From the IMG/VR virus record IMGVR_UViG_3300024180_000007, positions 1 to 56,414 of that record: a stretch of 56,414 nucleotides of DNA; one strand, written 5' to 3'. Origin of the DNA: a virus. Taxonomy: Duplodnaviria; Caudoviricetes. This document shows, piece after piece, positions 18,501-29,000 of this stretch. The position numbers and the translations under genes were made by a program. A model generated the notes under the pieces. The model saw only the letters and a list, made by a program, of their open reading frames with translations, was not told where the DNA came from and searched no databases. Position 1 is the first letter of the stretch. The number at the start of each line of letters is the position of its first letter.

Positions 18501-20303
18501 TTAGGAGACCAAAATCAAACTGCTTCACAAGACGCTGTAATAAATTTAAATTTTATAGATTGTTACACTTTTGGAAATGGTGTTGAAAGTTTTAAAATAA
18601 AAGATCAGTTAGCTGGAAGACCTTTTCAATTAGGTCAAAGAACATTAGCTGTATCTAATCAAGACTATAAAGAAGCTGATAGATTTGAAGGTATAACATA
18701 CAGTGGAATCTTTAGTAGTAATAGTGGTGTTAACAACTTAAATGAATTTAATTTAGGTTTAGTAAACTTTAAAGATTGTGAAACATCTTTTGGTCCAATA
18801 CAAAAAATGCATCCAAGAGAGACTGATATATTAGTTTTACAAGAAGATAGAATCACTTATGTTTTATCAAGTAAAAATTTAATAAGCGACAGTACAGGCG
18901 GAGGTGTTATAGCATCTATTCCTGAAATATTAGGAACTCAAATTGCACGTATTGAAGAATATGGTATTAGTTATAATCCAGAAAGTTTTGTTTCTCATGG
19001 TTATGATATGTTTTTTACTGATGTAAAAAGAAGTGCCGTAATAAAATTAAGAGGAACAAGCAGAAACAATGATTCTTTGGAAGTAATCTCTGATATGGGA
19101 ATGAGATCGTGGTTTAGAGATGAGTTTCATAAATCAATACAAACTCAAAAATTAGGAGGATATGATCCTTACATGGATGAATATGTTTTAGGAATGAATT
19201 GTAATGAAGTTCCTTTGCCACCAGAAATTTTTCAATGTGGATATAAATTACAAAGAAATAATTTAGCTGTTGGGGCGTCTAATGCAATTGTTAGCGAGAT
19301 AAGTTATGGTTCATTAATTGGCACAGCAGGATTTAGTTATAACGTTACTGCTGGTTCAATAATTATTTCTGTATTATGGAATGGAACAACAACAACAAGT
19401 TCAACACTAACAGGTTCTGGAACATTTACATTTGACAAAACTTTAAACAGTCCTGCTAATGCAGAAGTAACAATTACAGCTGTATCAACAGCATCATTTG
19501 TTGTAACAGCTAACTGTGTTGAATCAGAGTCTATAACGGTAGTAAAAGTAGTTATGAACTCTCCAAATGAAAGTGGAGAATTTATTCATGCTGAATACTT
19601 TTGGGAGGACAGTATAAATATTAGTCCAGTAGATTCAGATTTAGCAGAGTTTGGCAATAATAATTTAACAGCATCATACTATGACAGTCAAGTTGGGGTA
19701 AGATCATTGGGAGTTTTTCCATATGATGGTATAGATTTAACTATTAGATCTAATAAGATTAATTTTGATACATATGACTGGAACTATCCTAACGATAATT
19801 TTAAATATTTATCAAGCAATACTTTATACTCTAATAATCAAGCTGATATAGCTTCGTTGTTAGCAGCTGCAACTACAGTGCCAGACAGTTCGGTAACCAA
19901 TCCATCTGCAGGTCTGTATGAAACAACTATTAGTAGTTTGTCATTACCTACTGCAAATCAATATTTGTATTTAATATATGATTACAGATTAGTTAGCTGT
20001 CAAGAGTTTTGTTATGACGCAAGTTCAGCGGCATCAGCATGCTGTGAATGTGCATTTACATACACTGCTTATCCAAGTAGTACTGTATTTACCGTAGAAG
20101 CAAACGTTTGTAATCAACCTTTAAATGCTACATACTATCATTCAGGTAGCGGAACTTTGCCAGCATATGGAGATTTTGTATATTATGCATCAGATGGTGC
20201 AGTTGGTAGTAATTTAGGAGTAGGACTATATAAGGTAAGCGCAACAGATTATATAACAGTAAATCAATTTGGCTTAGTTACTGCGGTAACTACATGCCCA
20301 TAA
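15516..20303 (+). CDS. Tail stabilization/nozzle (muzzle) protein with appended Cys-rich domains
   Basis: N-terminal FIAGRMNKSVDERLLPPGEYIDAMNVR, LLFWTDDKNPPR, GNRLMYGNY, FGNGVES, YGISYNPESF, GGYDPY. Confidence 0.8.
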   Translation: MPIVTTNFIAGRMNKSVDERLLPPGEYIDAMNVRLGSTESTEIGAVENSKGNEQLTTIQYNGVPLSSSAVCIGAYEDGVRENIYWFIHDGSNTQNPKGVVDLVVSYNTTNEIVNYHVVTVDLLNFDPKFLITGVDLIEDLLFWTDDKNPPRTININRSYPEPISNVDQIVEEDISVVVKPPGFESAVGTHVPLPAPTISFLNIAGNQNYIENRFLCFAYRYRYDDGQYSATSLFTNPAFVPKPFAFSTKNYCNDGMLNLYNGVEIKFSTGSSRVKEVDLLFKDTNSTTLNVIERFKKEDYGWSNNTNKSYTFTNNKIYTVLGNDELLRQYDNVPRLAKAQTIQGNRLMYGNYVDGYNITRPDADGNNIAINYNTSLVNTLLGFSELPFGLLNTGETYTIDPNPGQSENIENSKVTIDLTAIADKLNANSLIGLTFDFHSDKRVFFPSNTTAATENIDFENQPFTLNVNITLDQDYASPYDFFNSPLFAERIGTILNTNFQPLATADQGNSLTDFFNNELSSPAIGTYPFVKHNSSITDATNQQGFTLSNFAPGSNTCDIQVIAMAFQSTDLTNPSTPVITTLYEYFRFVSVQGSFNTDLDTGSLHSDRDFETGIVYSDEYGRSSTVLVSEYNTVYVEPGNSVTANSIQVAVSSRAPYWAERYKFVVKPSKGGYETIFSNFYYVRPSDNMVFFRLEGDNANKVQKGQTLVVKADVSGPLTRVEKCEILEISAEPTNFLNDVNEYGEDSFQLKGLYMLIKNQNFDIVIPDDSIIEFGMERKRSAVRGCTNARKIGYKCFTTDPDTNVTTNYEVPGGSVIKIKVRMFRNDTFNGNSCEEREWLWEQEYVASRDYIDMRRWWIGDNINPALGLPGNISEETDIINDTTLATPYFSGNSVANNMSCTTWAVTFQWIQNSSQGINDPLYLGVSSGVKGCNRPFNPDRTSDLEVELIVFRANTLMVFETEPNDANAELYYDASQSFPISQPDGFHMSGVNSDLGDQNQTASQDAVINLNFIDCYTFGNGVESFKIKDQLAGRPFQLGQRTLAVSNQDYKEADRFEGITYSGIFSSNSGVNNLNEFNLGLVNFKDCETSFGPIQKMHPRETDILVLQEDRITYVLSSKNLISDSTGGGVIASIPEILGTQIARIEEYGISYNPESFVSHGYDMFFTDVKRSAVIKLRGTSRNNDSLEVISDMGMRSWFRDEFHKSIQTQKLGGYDPYMDEYVLGMNCNEVPLPPEIFQCGYKLQRNNLAVGASNAIVSEISYGSLIGTAGFSYNVTAGSIIISVLWNGTTTTSSTLTGSGTFTFDKTLNSPANAEVTITAVSTASFVVTANCVESESITVVKVVMNSPNESGEFIHAEYFWEDSINISPVDSDLAEFGNNNLTASYYDSQVGVRSLGVFPYDGIDLTIRSNKINFDTYDWNYPNDNFKYLSSNTLYSNNQADIASLLAAATTVPDSSVTNPSAGLYETTISSLSLPTANQYLYLIYDYRLVSCQEFCYDASSAASACCECAFTYTAYPSSTVFTVEANVCNQPLNATYYHSGSGTLPAYGDFVYYASDGAVGSNLGVGLYKVSATDYITVNQFGLVTAVTTCP

Positions 20304-20315
20304 ATAAAATAATAA

Positions 20316-21578
20316 ATGGCAGCATTAGGAACATATTGTTTTGATGGATTAAATTTTTCGCAAGCTACGGCTTTGTATACAGATTCAACATTAACAACCC
20401 TATCTCCTGACGGATGGTATTCTCAGGGAAATATTATAAGACAACAATTAAATGGTGTGCTGTTAAATGCACAACCTTGTGGAGAATGCTTAGTTCCTTG
20501 TGGATCAGGTATCAATGCTTCTTTTAGTAGCAATGGATTCTTTAGTGCAGATGTTGACTTAGCAAGTGATACTGGAGCAGTAGTTTTATATTTTTATATG
20601 GGTTCTTCTATACCTGATGGTGTTTTAGCTACATATAACTCTAATACATACAACAGACTTACTTGTCACGGAAACCACAATACTGATACTATCGTTGATG
20701 GAGCTAATAATCAAGTTGATTATGCAGGTGTATTTAATCAAGGTACTGGAAGAATTACTTATGTTGGAAATAGTAATCCATCATTATTAAGTGATTCACC
20801 TTATAATAATACGCCATCTGGTTCTTGTACATCAGGTGATAAGCCTCAAAATTATACATATACTGGATCCGCGTATGTTGCTCAAGGTACTTTTGAAACA
20901 GTAACTGTAGCTTCAAACGAAATTGGAGTTAATCCAGGAACAGCAAGTAAAGTTTTTACAATGGTTGTTCCTAAAACTTCAGCAGCAGTAACTTCAATAA
21001 ACCTTTTAATTGCTGCGCCTATGTGTGGTACATTTTTTAAATGGGAAGTAGATTGCCCAGTGGCTTTACCAAGTTTTTATGGGTCAGCGTCTCAAAGCAC
21101 AACAGCTTGTGCAACATCAACGACAACATACTATTTTGCAAGAAACGCTGTAGGAACGTCTAATGCGTTTGCGGTAGACACAAATATAATTCCAAACGTG
21201 GGTAACTGGGTTTTTACAGATTCAGACGGATCTACATATTTAAATGACACATCTCTTTTACTTTATTATATAGTAGGTGGAACTACTGCAATAGGTGTAC
21301 GAAATGGAGTTGTTGTATCATCAGTGGCTTGTTCAGGAGGTTCTACTGGTTCTAATATAGTTATTGAAGGTTGTGAAACAGGAAATATAGAAAATGCAGT
21401 AAACACATACAACAACGTTCTTGGAGACGTTATAGAAATTCAGACTGGTACTCCAGGAGCAGGAGCAGTGTATTGTGGTACTGTCATTTCAGTAAATCAA
21501 CCAGGACCTGCAACCTCAACTGTTTTAAACGGACAGGCAAGACCAGGATGTAACGATACAATACATTGTTTCCAATAA
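20316..21578 (+). CDS. Cys-rich tail accessory protein
   Basis: ALYTDSTLTTLSPDGWYS...QPCGECLVPCG; many Cys-bounded beta modules. Confidence 0.7.
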   Translation: MAALGTYCFDGLNFSQATALYTDSTLTTLSPDGWYSQGNIIRQQLNGVLLNAQPCGECLVPCGSGINASFSSNGFFSADVDLASDTGAVVLYFYMGSSIPDGVLATYNSNTYNRLTCHGNHNTDTIVDGANNQVDYAGVFNQGTGRITYVGNSNPSLLSDSPYNNTPSGSCTSGDKPQNYTYTGSAYVAQGTFETVTVASNEIGVNPGTASKVFTMVVPKTSAAVTSINLLIAAPMCGTFFKWEVDCPVALPSFYGSASQSTTACATSTTTYYFARNAVGTSNAFAVDTNIIPNVGNWVFTDSDGSTYLNDTSLLLYYIVGGTTAIGVRNGVVVSSVACSGGSTGSNIVIEGCETGNIENAVNTYNNVLGDVIEIQTGTPGAGAVYCGTVISVNQPGPATSTVLNGQARPGCNDTIHCFQ

Positions 21579-21594
21579 TAAAAATATATATTAT

Positions 21595-22410
21595 ATGAGT
21601 TTAAATTGCGAGTCATACACATTATCATACAGCGAAACATCTAAAGGGTGGCCATCGTTTTATTCATTTAATCCTGACTTTATGATAGGGATGAATAGTT
21701 ATTTTTATAGTTTTAAAGGAGGGAATATATGGAGACATAACACTGGAGCTAACCGTAATACTTATTATGGTCAATTTAGTAGAGCTACTATAAGGAGTGT
21801 TTTTAATCCTGAGCCAACACTAAGTATAAAATTATTTAAAACATTATCATATGAAGCCACTACAACTGTGGATGATACTAATCAAGCAAGATGGGAATGT
21901 ACATCGTTGTTTACTGATTTAACAGATGGTAACCCAGGATCTATGTTGGACACTTATTTTGAAGAGAAAGAAGGAGAGTGGTTTAGCTATCTTAGAACAA
22001 ATTCTGGAACAGTAAACTGGAAGCAAAGATCTGCTAATGGTGTAGGTGTATGTACTAATGTAAGCGGACCAAACACTGCTGTTGTAGTTACATTTTCAAC
22101 TTCTATTGGATCAATTTTAAATATTGGAGATAATGTTTATGCCGCTACCTTAACGGCTGGAGTTGCAACAACACAGCCTATTTTAGCAGGAGTAGTTACT
22201 GGTAAAACATCTACAACCATAACAATAGATAGTTCGTCAGCATCTGCTACAACGCCAACAATTGGACAGTTTATAATGTTTATAAAAAATGCTGTAGCAG
22301 AGTCTCATGGGGCAAGAGGATATTATTTAGAATTTAAGCTTGAGAATGACTCAACAGACCCAGTAGAACTGTTTTCTGTAGGTAGTAGCGTCATGAAAAG
22401 TTATCCATAG
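21595..22410 (+). CDS. Tail protein; probable separated C-terminal part of the stabilization protein
   Basis: TLSYSETSKGWPSFYSFNPD...YSFKGGNIWRH, FEEKEGEWF, RGYYLEFKL...VELFSVGS. Confidence 0.7.
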   Translation: MSLNCESYTLSYSETSKGWPSFYSFNPDFMIGMNSYFYSFKGGNIWRHNTGANRNTYYGQFSRATIRSVFNPEPTLSIKLFKTLSYEATTTVDDTNQARWECTSLFTDLTDGNPGSMLDTYFEEKEGEWFSYLRTNSGTVNWKQRSANGVGVCTNVSGPNTAVVVTFSTSIGSILNIGDNVYAATLTAGVATTQPILAGVVTGKTSTTITIDSSSASATTPTIGQFIMFIKNAVAESHGARGYYLEFKLENDSTDPVELFSVGSSVMKSYP

Positions 22411-22418
22411 AAATTTGC

Positions 22419-22426
22419 TATCTTTG
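22419..22426 (+). promoter_or_regulatory. -7 promoter element TATCTTTG
   Basis: TAnnTTTG, intergenic, upstream of the internal-protein operon. Confidence 0.65.
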
Positions 22427-22443
22427 TTATTAAATTATATTTA

Positions 22444-22851
22444 ATGGAATTTAATATACGAAGGCTTGAAGAAAAGGATTGGGACACATTAGTGTCTTGG
22501 TGGGATGAGTGGCCAGATTGGCAAAATCCTCCAAAAGATTTTTTACCAGACAATGGCACAGGCGGTTTGATGGTAGAGAAAGATAGCATTCCTATTGTTG
22601 CAGGATTTATGTATTTTACAAACTCTAAGGGGGTTTTATTAGAGTGGATTGTTTCTAATCCTTCTTATAGAGATGACGACAGGCAAGATGCTATTGAGTT
22701 TTTAATTTTAACATGTGAAGAATACATAAAGGCTAATGGTAAAAAATATATATTCAGCATTGGTAGAAATAAACATTTAATGGATACTCACAGAAAATTA
22801 GGGTATAACGTAGATACAAAAGTGTCTCATGAAATAATAAAAAAAATATAG
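22444..22851 (+). CDS. GNAT-like acetyltransferase-fold protein
   Basis: IRRLEEKDW start, IVAGFMY, LEWIVSNPSYR, HRKLGY; lies between tail and ejection genes. Confidence 0.6.
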   Translation: MEFNIRRLEEKDWDTLVSWWDEWPDWQNPPKDFLPDNGTGGLMVEKDSIPIVAGFMYFTNSKGVLLEWIVSNPSYRDDDRQDAIEFLILTCEEYIKANGKKYIFSIGRNKHLMDTHRKLGYNVDTKVSHEIIKKI

Positions 22852-22852
22852 T

Positions 22853-23716
22853 ATGGCAGCAGCAACAGCAATAGCAGCAACAGGGGTTTTAATTAGTGCC
22901 ACTTCAGCTGGTATGAGTTTTTCCCAAGCGGCAAAAGCAAGAAAACAAGGAGAAAAAGCAACTGAAGCAAGCAAGAAGTTAATGAAAGAAGCAGAGCGTA
23001 AAGCTGAGGTGGAATTTATGCAAAAACTAAACGTACCTTTAGATGCTTATGGAAGAGAAGAGCGTCAAATTATACAAGGTCAACAACAAACCATACAAGC
23101 ACTTCAAGAAGGTGATAATCGCAATTTAGCAGCTGGTGTAGGGATTGTTGGTGCTGGTGCTACCGAGGCAGCTGAAGGGTCACGAATTGCTTTTGGTAAA
23201 GAGTTATTCGATTTACAAAAAACGCAAGTTCAAGAACAGTCTGATATTAATCAAGACTTAAAAGATATGAGTGTTGGTGCAGCAGCAGATCAACAACAAA
23301 TCTCAAGAGATTCTGAAGAAGCTTCAGCAGCAGCAATGCAGCAAGGCGTTGCGTCAGTTGGGCAAGCAGTGCAAGGTGCTGCAGGAGTAATACCTTTATT
23401 TCCTAAAGGTGCAGCAGACAGACAGGCTAATAAAATGGCAGATGGTTTAGATCAGTCTTTATTAAAAACAACAACTGTAAACCAACCAGGGACAACAGCA
23501 GAAGGGATGAAAACTTATGCAGATCTTTCAGATCCAAATAGTAAAAATTACGACATGAACAAAGCAGCGTTATTCGCTCCAACTGTAACTCAACCTTTAG
23601 GAAGAAATCAAGTAATAGCAAGATTACAAGATGGAAGATTTTCACCTGAGCAATTAAAAGGGTATAGAAAAACTGGCGTATATGATCAAGCTTTTTATGA
23701 CATTTTAAACAGATAA
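22853..23716 (+). CDS. Internal virion (ejection) protein
   Basis: Ala/Gly/Gln-rich, hydrophobic N-terminus, helical. Confidence 0.7.
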   Translation: MAAATAIAATGVLISATSAGMSFSQAAKARKQGEKATEASKKLMKEAERKAEVEFMQKLNVPLDAYGREERQIIQGQQQTIQALQEGDNRNLAAGVGIVGAGATEAAEGSRIAFGKELFDLQKTQVQEQSDINQDLKDMSVGAAADQQQISRDSEEASAAAMQQGVASVGQAVQGAAGVIPLFPKGAADRQANKMADGLDQSLLKTTTVNQPGTTAEGMKTYADLSDPNSKNYDMNKAALFAPTVTQPLGRNQVIARLQDGRFSPEQLKGYRKTGVYDQAFYDILNR

Positions 23717-23721
23717 AAGAT

Positions 23722-26037
23722 ATGGCGGAAGATACATCAAGACCTTCAGGGGCAAATAAATATTCTATATATGCTCAAAGAAGTGTAGATAGCACTCAAA
23801 TGGACTGGAACGCAGCGTCTAAAGAATTAGTGACTGGGCTGCAAACCATACAGGCCGACAGAAATGCTCGTAAAGCTGCGATTGAAGAATCTACTCAGAA
23901 TGCTATAGAGCAGTTAAGCAAAGTTCCAGAAACTGGAACTCAAGACGCTGCATCTTTACTGATAAACGGTTCAAGTATGTCTGTAAAAGGTATACAAGAA
24001 CAAAACAATTTATTAAAGCGTGGTTTAATTAGCCCTTCAGATTATAAGCTGTATATGCAGCAACAAAAAAATGGTTATTCAAGTTTAAGTACGGCTGTAA
24101 AAGGTTGGGATGACTGGGCTGTTCAAGCAAAAGACAGATTACAAGCTGCAAAAGATGGCGGTGCAACAGCTTCAGAGTTAGAAATATTTTCAAATTTATC
24201 CGTTGAAGCTTTAGGTAATTTGAGAAATAAAAAACTATGGTCTAACCCTACTAACGGTAAAATGCAGTTAGTAACAATGGGTAAGAATACAAAAACTGGT
24301 TTATATGATGTAATGCCTGATTACGAAAAAAGAAAACAAGACTATCAAAATCCTAACCAGATAATGAATTTCATGAAGTTTGAACAGGATAGAATTGATG
24401 TTGATGATATGGCAACTGCTCAAACTGCTCAAATAGCAGACATTATACAAATAACTCTGGAAGGAGATGAGTATAAAAGACTGACAGGTGGTGGAAGACA
24501 GTTAAGCACAGAAGACTTTAGAAACCTTGGAGACTTTGGTACAGATGAAAATGGTAATGCAATAACATATGACATGTGGAAGTCTTCACAGTTAGATGCT
24601 ATGATTGGAGCGCCTGGAGATAAAAATAACATGAATGCGGCACAGGTTTTAACAAACTCTGGAAGATTTTTCTTTGCAGAAACAGAAAGTCAATTTGAGG
24701 AGAAACATCCAGGGATAGATAAAAAATATATGATTAAAGTGGATATGAGTTCAGGACAACCAGTTCCTGAAATGACTGATTCTCAGTACAAAGATGCTCG
24801 TAGACTTGCTGACATTGCAGTTGAATCACAAGTAAGTCATATAGAAAAAGTTGCAGAAGCAGCTAAATCAGCACAAGCACCACCACAACCAAATAGCACT
24901 ACAGTTGCAAAAAACAAACTGGATAGATCAATGGTTGGGTATATGGATGATGCAAATGCTATTGCGTCTGATGACGAATCAATATTTGAGGCTACAGCAC
25001 AAGATCGTATAGTAGCTTTAAATAAAGAAATGCAAAATTCTGGTGGTGATCCGAATAAAATGATTGATAGCATAACTCGTGATGACACATCTATTAAATT
25101 TACTTTAGCCGACGGAACAGTAGAAACAATACCAAGACTTGATGATAACGGTGTTCCAAGAAACGCTGAAGAGGTTGTTAGAGAGGTTTATAGATTGATT
25201 ACACCTCAAACATCTGAATATCAAAACTCATATAAAGACGCTGCAATATTATATAAAAAAGAGCCAGGCGGAGGTTTTAGAGCAACAGATAGAGATATGA
25301 CTGATATTGAGTTAATTGCAGCAGCTAAAGAAAAAAGAGCTGTGGCTAAATTGGATGCTGATGGAATTCCAAAAGAAATAGCTGAAACTAATGACCAAGG
25401 TGTTGCAACTGGTAAAATGATTCAAAATCCAGCATACGAACCAGCTCTTTCACAAGCGATTCTTAATGACACAGATAATATTACTGCTGATGAAAAAAAG
25501 GCTGTAAAGAAAAGAATATTAAAGAATATAACTGGAGAGAAATACAGAGCTTTAGCTCCTCTTCCAGCTCTAAAACAAAACACTGCTATAATTGGCGCTA
25601 AAATGGTAGACGGTGATGCAGTGGGAGCTACTGGTACAGAGCTTATCGAAGAAAAAGTAGGTGATAAATTATCAGGACTTAATGCTGGTTCTATTGGTGA
25701 CGATCCAGTAGAAGTTAATGATGTTTTAAGTCAGGTTATGAATGATTACCTTCCAGACGAAATAAAGGGTGGTGCTAAAGTTATGTTTAAAAAAGACAGA
25801 ATTGATGATAGTAAATGGGTTATTGAAGTTTCTTATTTTGATAGAGCTGGAGTACAGCAATCACTTCCTCCAATATATCCAGAGGTAGGAGCTATGCTGA
25901 ATACGAAAGGAGCAACACCTTCTCAGTTAAACGAAATGATGCATAAAGCAGCACAAGAAGTTTTAAACGAAGAAAACGCAAGACTTACAACAAGAAATCA
26001 AAGAGGTACAGGTAAAAACCGAAAAAAGTTTAATTAA
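23722..26037 (+). CDS. Internal virion (ejection) protein
   Basis: 771 aa, helical; TAATG overlap with the giant gene. Confidence 0.7.
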   Translation: MAEDTSRPSGANKYSIYAQRSVDSTQMDWNAASKELVTGLQTIQADRNARKAAIEESTQNAIEQLSKVPETGTQDAASLLINGSSMSVKGIQEQNNLLKRGLISPSDYKLYMQQQKNGYSSLSTAVKGWDDWAVQAKDRLQAAKDGGATASELEIFSNLSVEALGNLRNKKLWSNPTNGKMQLVTMGKNTKTGLYDVMPDYEKRKQDYQNPNQIMNFMKFEQDRIDVDDMATAQTAQIADIIQITLEGDEYKRLTGGGRQLSTEDFRNLGDFGTDENGNAITYDMWKSSQLDAMIGAPGDKNNMNAAQVLTNSGRFFFAETESQFEEKHPGIDKKYMIKVDMSSGQPVPEMTDSQYKDARRLADIAVESQVSHIEKVAEAAKSAQAPPQPNSTTVAKNKLDRSMVGYMDDANAIASDDESIFEATAQDRIVALNKEMQNSGGDPNKMIDSITRDDTSIKFTLADGTVETIPRLDDNGVPRNAEEVVREVYRLITPQTSEYQNSYKDAAILYKKEPGGGFRATDRDMTDIELIAAAKEKRAVAKLDADGIPKEIAETNDQGVATGKMIQNPAYEPALSQAILNDTDNITADEKKAVKKRILKNITGEKYRALAPLPALKQNTAIIGAKMVDGDAVGATGTELIEEKVGDKLSGLNAGSIGDDPVEVNDVLSQVMNDYLPDEIKGGAKVMFKKDRIDDSKWVIEVSYFDRAGVQQSLPPIYPEVGAMLNTKGATPSQLNEMMHKAAQEVLNEENARLTTRNQRGTGKNRKKFN

Positions 26038-29000
26038 TGGATAAGTTTACAGAGTTATACAATTACTTGAAGGAAGAAGGATTAACAGATTTATCTGCTG
26101 AAGAATTTAAAGCTGAGTATGCAGCAGGTACTGCTAAAAACACAGAGTTATATTCTTATTTAAAATCTGAAAAATTAACAGATTTAGATGCTGAAAAATT
26201 TAATATAGAGTATTTTCCTGGTGTTGAAAAAAAAAATCCAAACGACATTTCTCCTTCAAACACTCCAGAGGTTATTACGGACTCTACTACCGAAACTCCA
26301 GAGGTCGTGGATACTTCTTTGGATACCTCCACACTTGAAAAACCTTTAGATGAAAATACTGTAGTAGATGTACAGGAAGAAGACACTACAGTTACTGAGT
26401 TCCCTGCATACGATCCGCGTGAGCAGGGTAAGGAAATAAATGCAAATCCAATTACATATAATTCCAGCGACTCTCAATTTGACAAATCATTAGCTTTTGT
26501 AACTAAAGATTTAATAGACAGAGAAGAAAGTGAAGTAGTCAACAGAATGAAATATCATTTTGAAGATTATGGTTTTGACTTTGAACAAGGCGGTGGATTT
26601 ATGAGTGGATTAGATGGTATGAAAGTTACGTCTAAAGATGATCCAACTAAAAGCATAAACATTAATCTTGATCCTGTTTTTGGAGATTTTTTTGGTGGTG
26701 AATCAGGACCTGCAAAAGAACTTAGAAAGTTTTTAAAAGAAAACAGAAGAACTGACCAGAGAATGGAAAGTCTGGATGCTTCTTATGATAAAAACAGAAA
26801 AAAATATTTTAGTGCTGAAGCAACTAAAGAAGACATTCAAGCTGTAAGAAATTCAGCAAAGAATCTAAATTCTAATTATAAAGTTTATCAGGACAGAAAA
26901 GCTATTCATGAAGCAGAAATAGACGCTTTATTAGGACAACCTAAAGAAATACAAAATACTCCTGAGTGGGAGTTAAAATATCAGCAAACTTTATTAGCAG
27001 GAAAAAGATTAAAACAATTTAAGAATCAATTAACAACAAATTATAATAGTTATAAAAAATTTGAAGGTCAAATAAACTCATCTGTTGGTAATTACATTGA
27101 CATGAAAGAAGCGGACGATAGTACGTTTTTTGGTGGTTTAGTAAATGATATTGTTGGGCCTGGTGTCAGTGATGTTCTTGCAGCTGTTTGGGGTGCTGGT
27201 GTTGATGGGTTTTATAAAGCGGCGCAGTTTATTTACGAAGATTTTGGGATGAATGCTGAGGAAAAAAAAGATCGTTACATTGATATTGCAAGAGATCTTG
27301 GGTATCCAGTTCCTGAAAATATAGAAGACGATGCTGTTTATACAAAGTGGTTAGAAAACTTGCAGGATCAAGGGTTTGATGATGATAAAGCAGAAGGTGA
27401 ATTTTCAATTAGTACGTTTTCTAAAGAAACAATGGAACGACTTGAAGCTGATGGTTTTGATTTAAGTAAACCAACTGTAAATGGACAATACTTCAATAAA
27501 AATCAGTCAGGATTAAATAGATTTTTAAATGGACAATACATTGACCTTCCTGACTATGCTTATGATAAAACAAAAGGTGAAAGACTAAAACGATTAGTAT
27601 TAGATCAAGAGGTAAAAGAAAATAAAAATCCACAAAAAGATTTTATAAAAAAATACTGGAACGAAATTGTTTCAGCTGATGACATTTCAGATGAAAAATA
27701 CGCAAAACAATCTAATAGTAACATTGTTTACACTGGACTTTCTGGTCTTGCTAAATCACTTCCATCTGTATTAACTTCTTTTGCGTCCAGAGGAAAAATA
27801 GCTCCAGCTGTTGGATTAGGAGCAGCAAAAAGAAATTTAATTGCAAAAGGATTAGGCTTAACAACAAGAGGTGGCATTGCTCAAACAGTTTCATTTGCTA
27901 TGCTCCAAGCTGAAGCAATGAATGTTGAAATGAACAATGACCCTGATTTTAAGTATGTTACTGAATCAGAAAGAAAGAACATTGTTATACCTACTGCTAT
28001 CACAGTTGGTATATTAGAGCGTTATGGTTTTAGAAATATAGCAGGTAACAAAGCTATAATGACTGGTTTAATGAACAAGGTAACTAATATGTTACCTAAA
28101 AACGCAACTGCAGCAATGTTTAAAAACCAAATGAACAAACTTGTTCAAAGTAATATTGCAAAAGGAATTTTTTCAAACACAGCTGTAAAAACTGCTGCGA
28201 CTTTTACTGGTCGAGTTACTAAAGCTGCTTTAGCAGAAGCAGAAACAGGTGGTCTTCAGCAAATAGCTGAAATGGGATACAAGGATGTATGGAATAACAT
28301 GAATAATAAAGACATGTTTGATCAACCTGAATTATGGACTAAAGAATTTTGGGGAACAGTTGGACATGCTGCAGCTGCTGAGGCTGTTGGTGGTTTTGTA
28401 ATGGGTGTTCCAGGAGCAGTAATTGCAGCGGCTAAAAACAAGACTTCCGATTTACTATCTGATGATCTTGTTGAAATGTTTGACATGATAAGAAATGATG
28501 AAATAACTGTAGAAGCTTATCAAACACAGTTAGACTTAGGCGTTTCTAATGGTAAGATAACATCAGAGCAAGCATCAAAACAGATGTTAGATTTTCAAAC
28601 ATTAAGTGGAGCTGCTAACACTCTTCCAAGTGACTTAGATGTTAACTCAAGAAAAAAAGGATTAGTTTTAATTTTTGAGCAGCAACAATTAGAAGCTGAA
28701 ATGGAAAAAATGAATAAGAATTTAAATTCTTATAAAACCAGAGAAGCCAGAGTTGAACAAATAAAAACCGAAATTGGACAGCTTGGGACTAATCAAGCTC
28801 AAGCAAATACTAATTTAAAAAATGAGACTGAAGGAATTCAAGAATCTGTTTTAGTAACAGAAGAAGATGCCACAAAATCTTTACAAGATAAGGGGGTGCA
28901 AAACCCTACAGTTGAACAAATTAAAACCGAACAAGATGCCCTACAAAAGCAAAGCACAACGAGCCTGGATGCACAAGAATCTTCCAGAAGTGGCGAAACG

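Noticed and set aside
20301-20315. Stop-codon read-through fusing 15516..20303 with 20316..21578
   Set aside because: The genes are in frame but separated by three stops (TAA ATA AAA TAA TAA).
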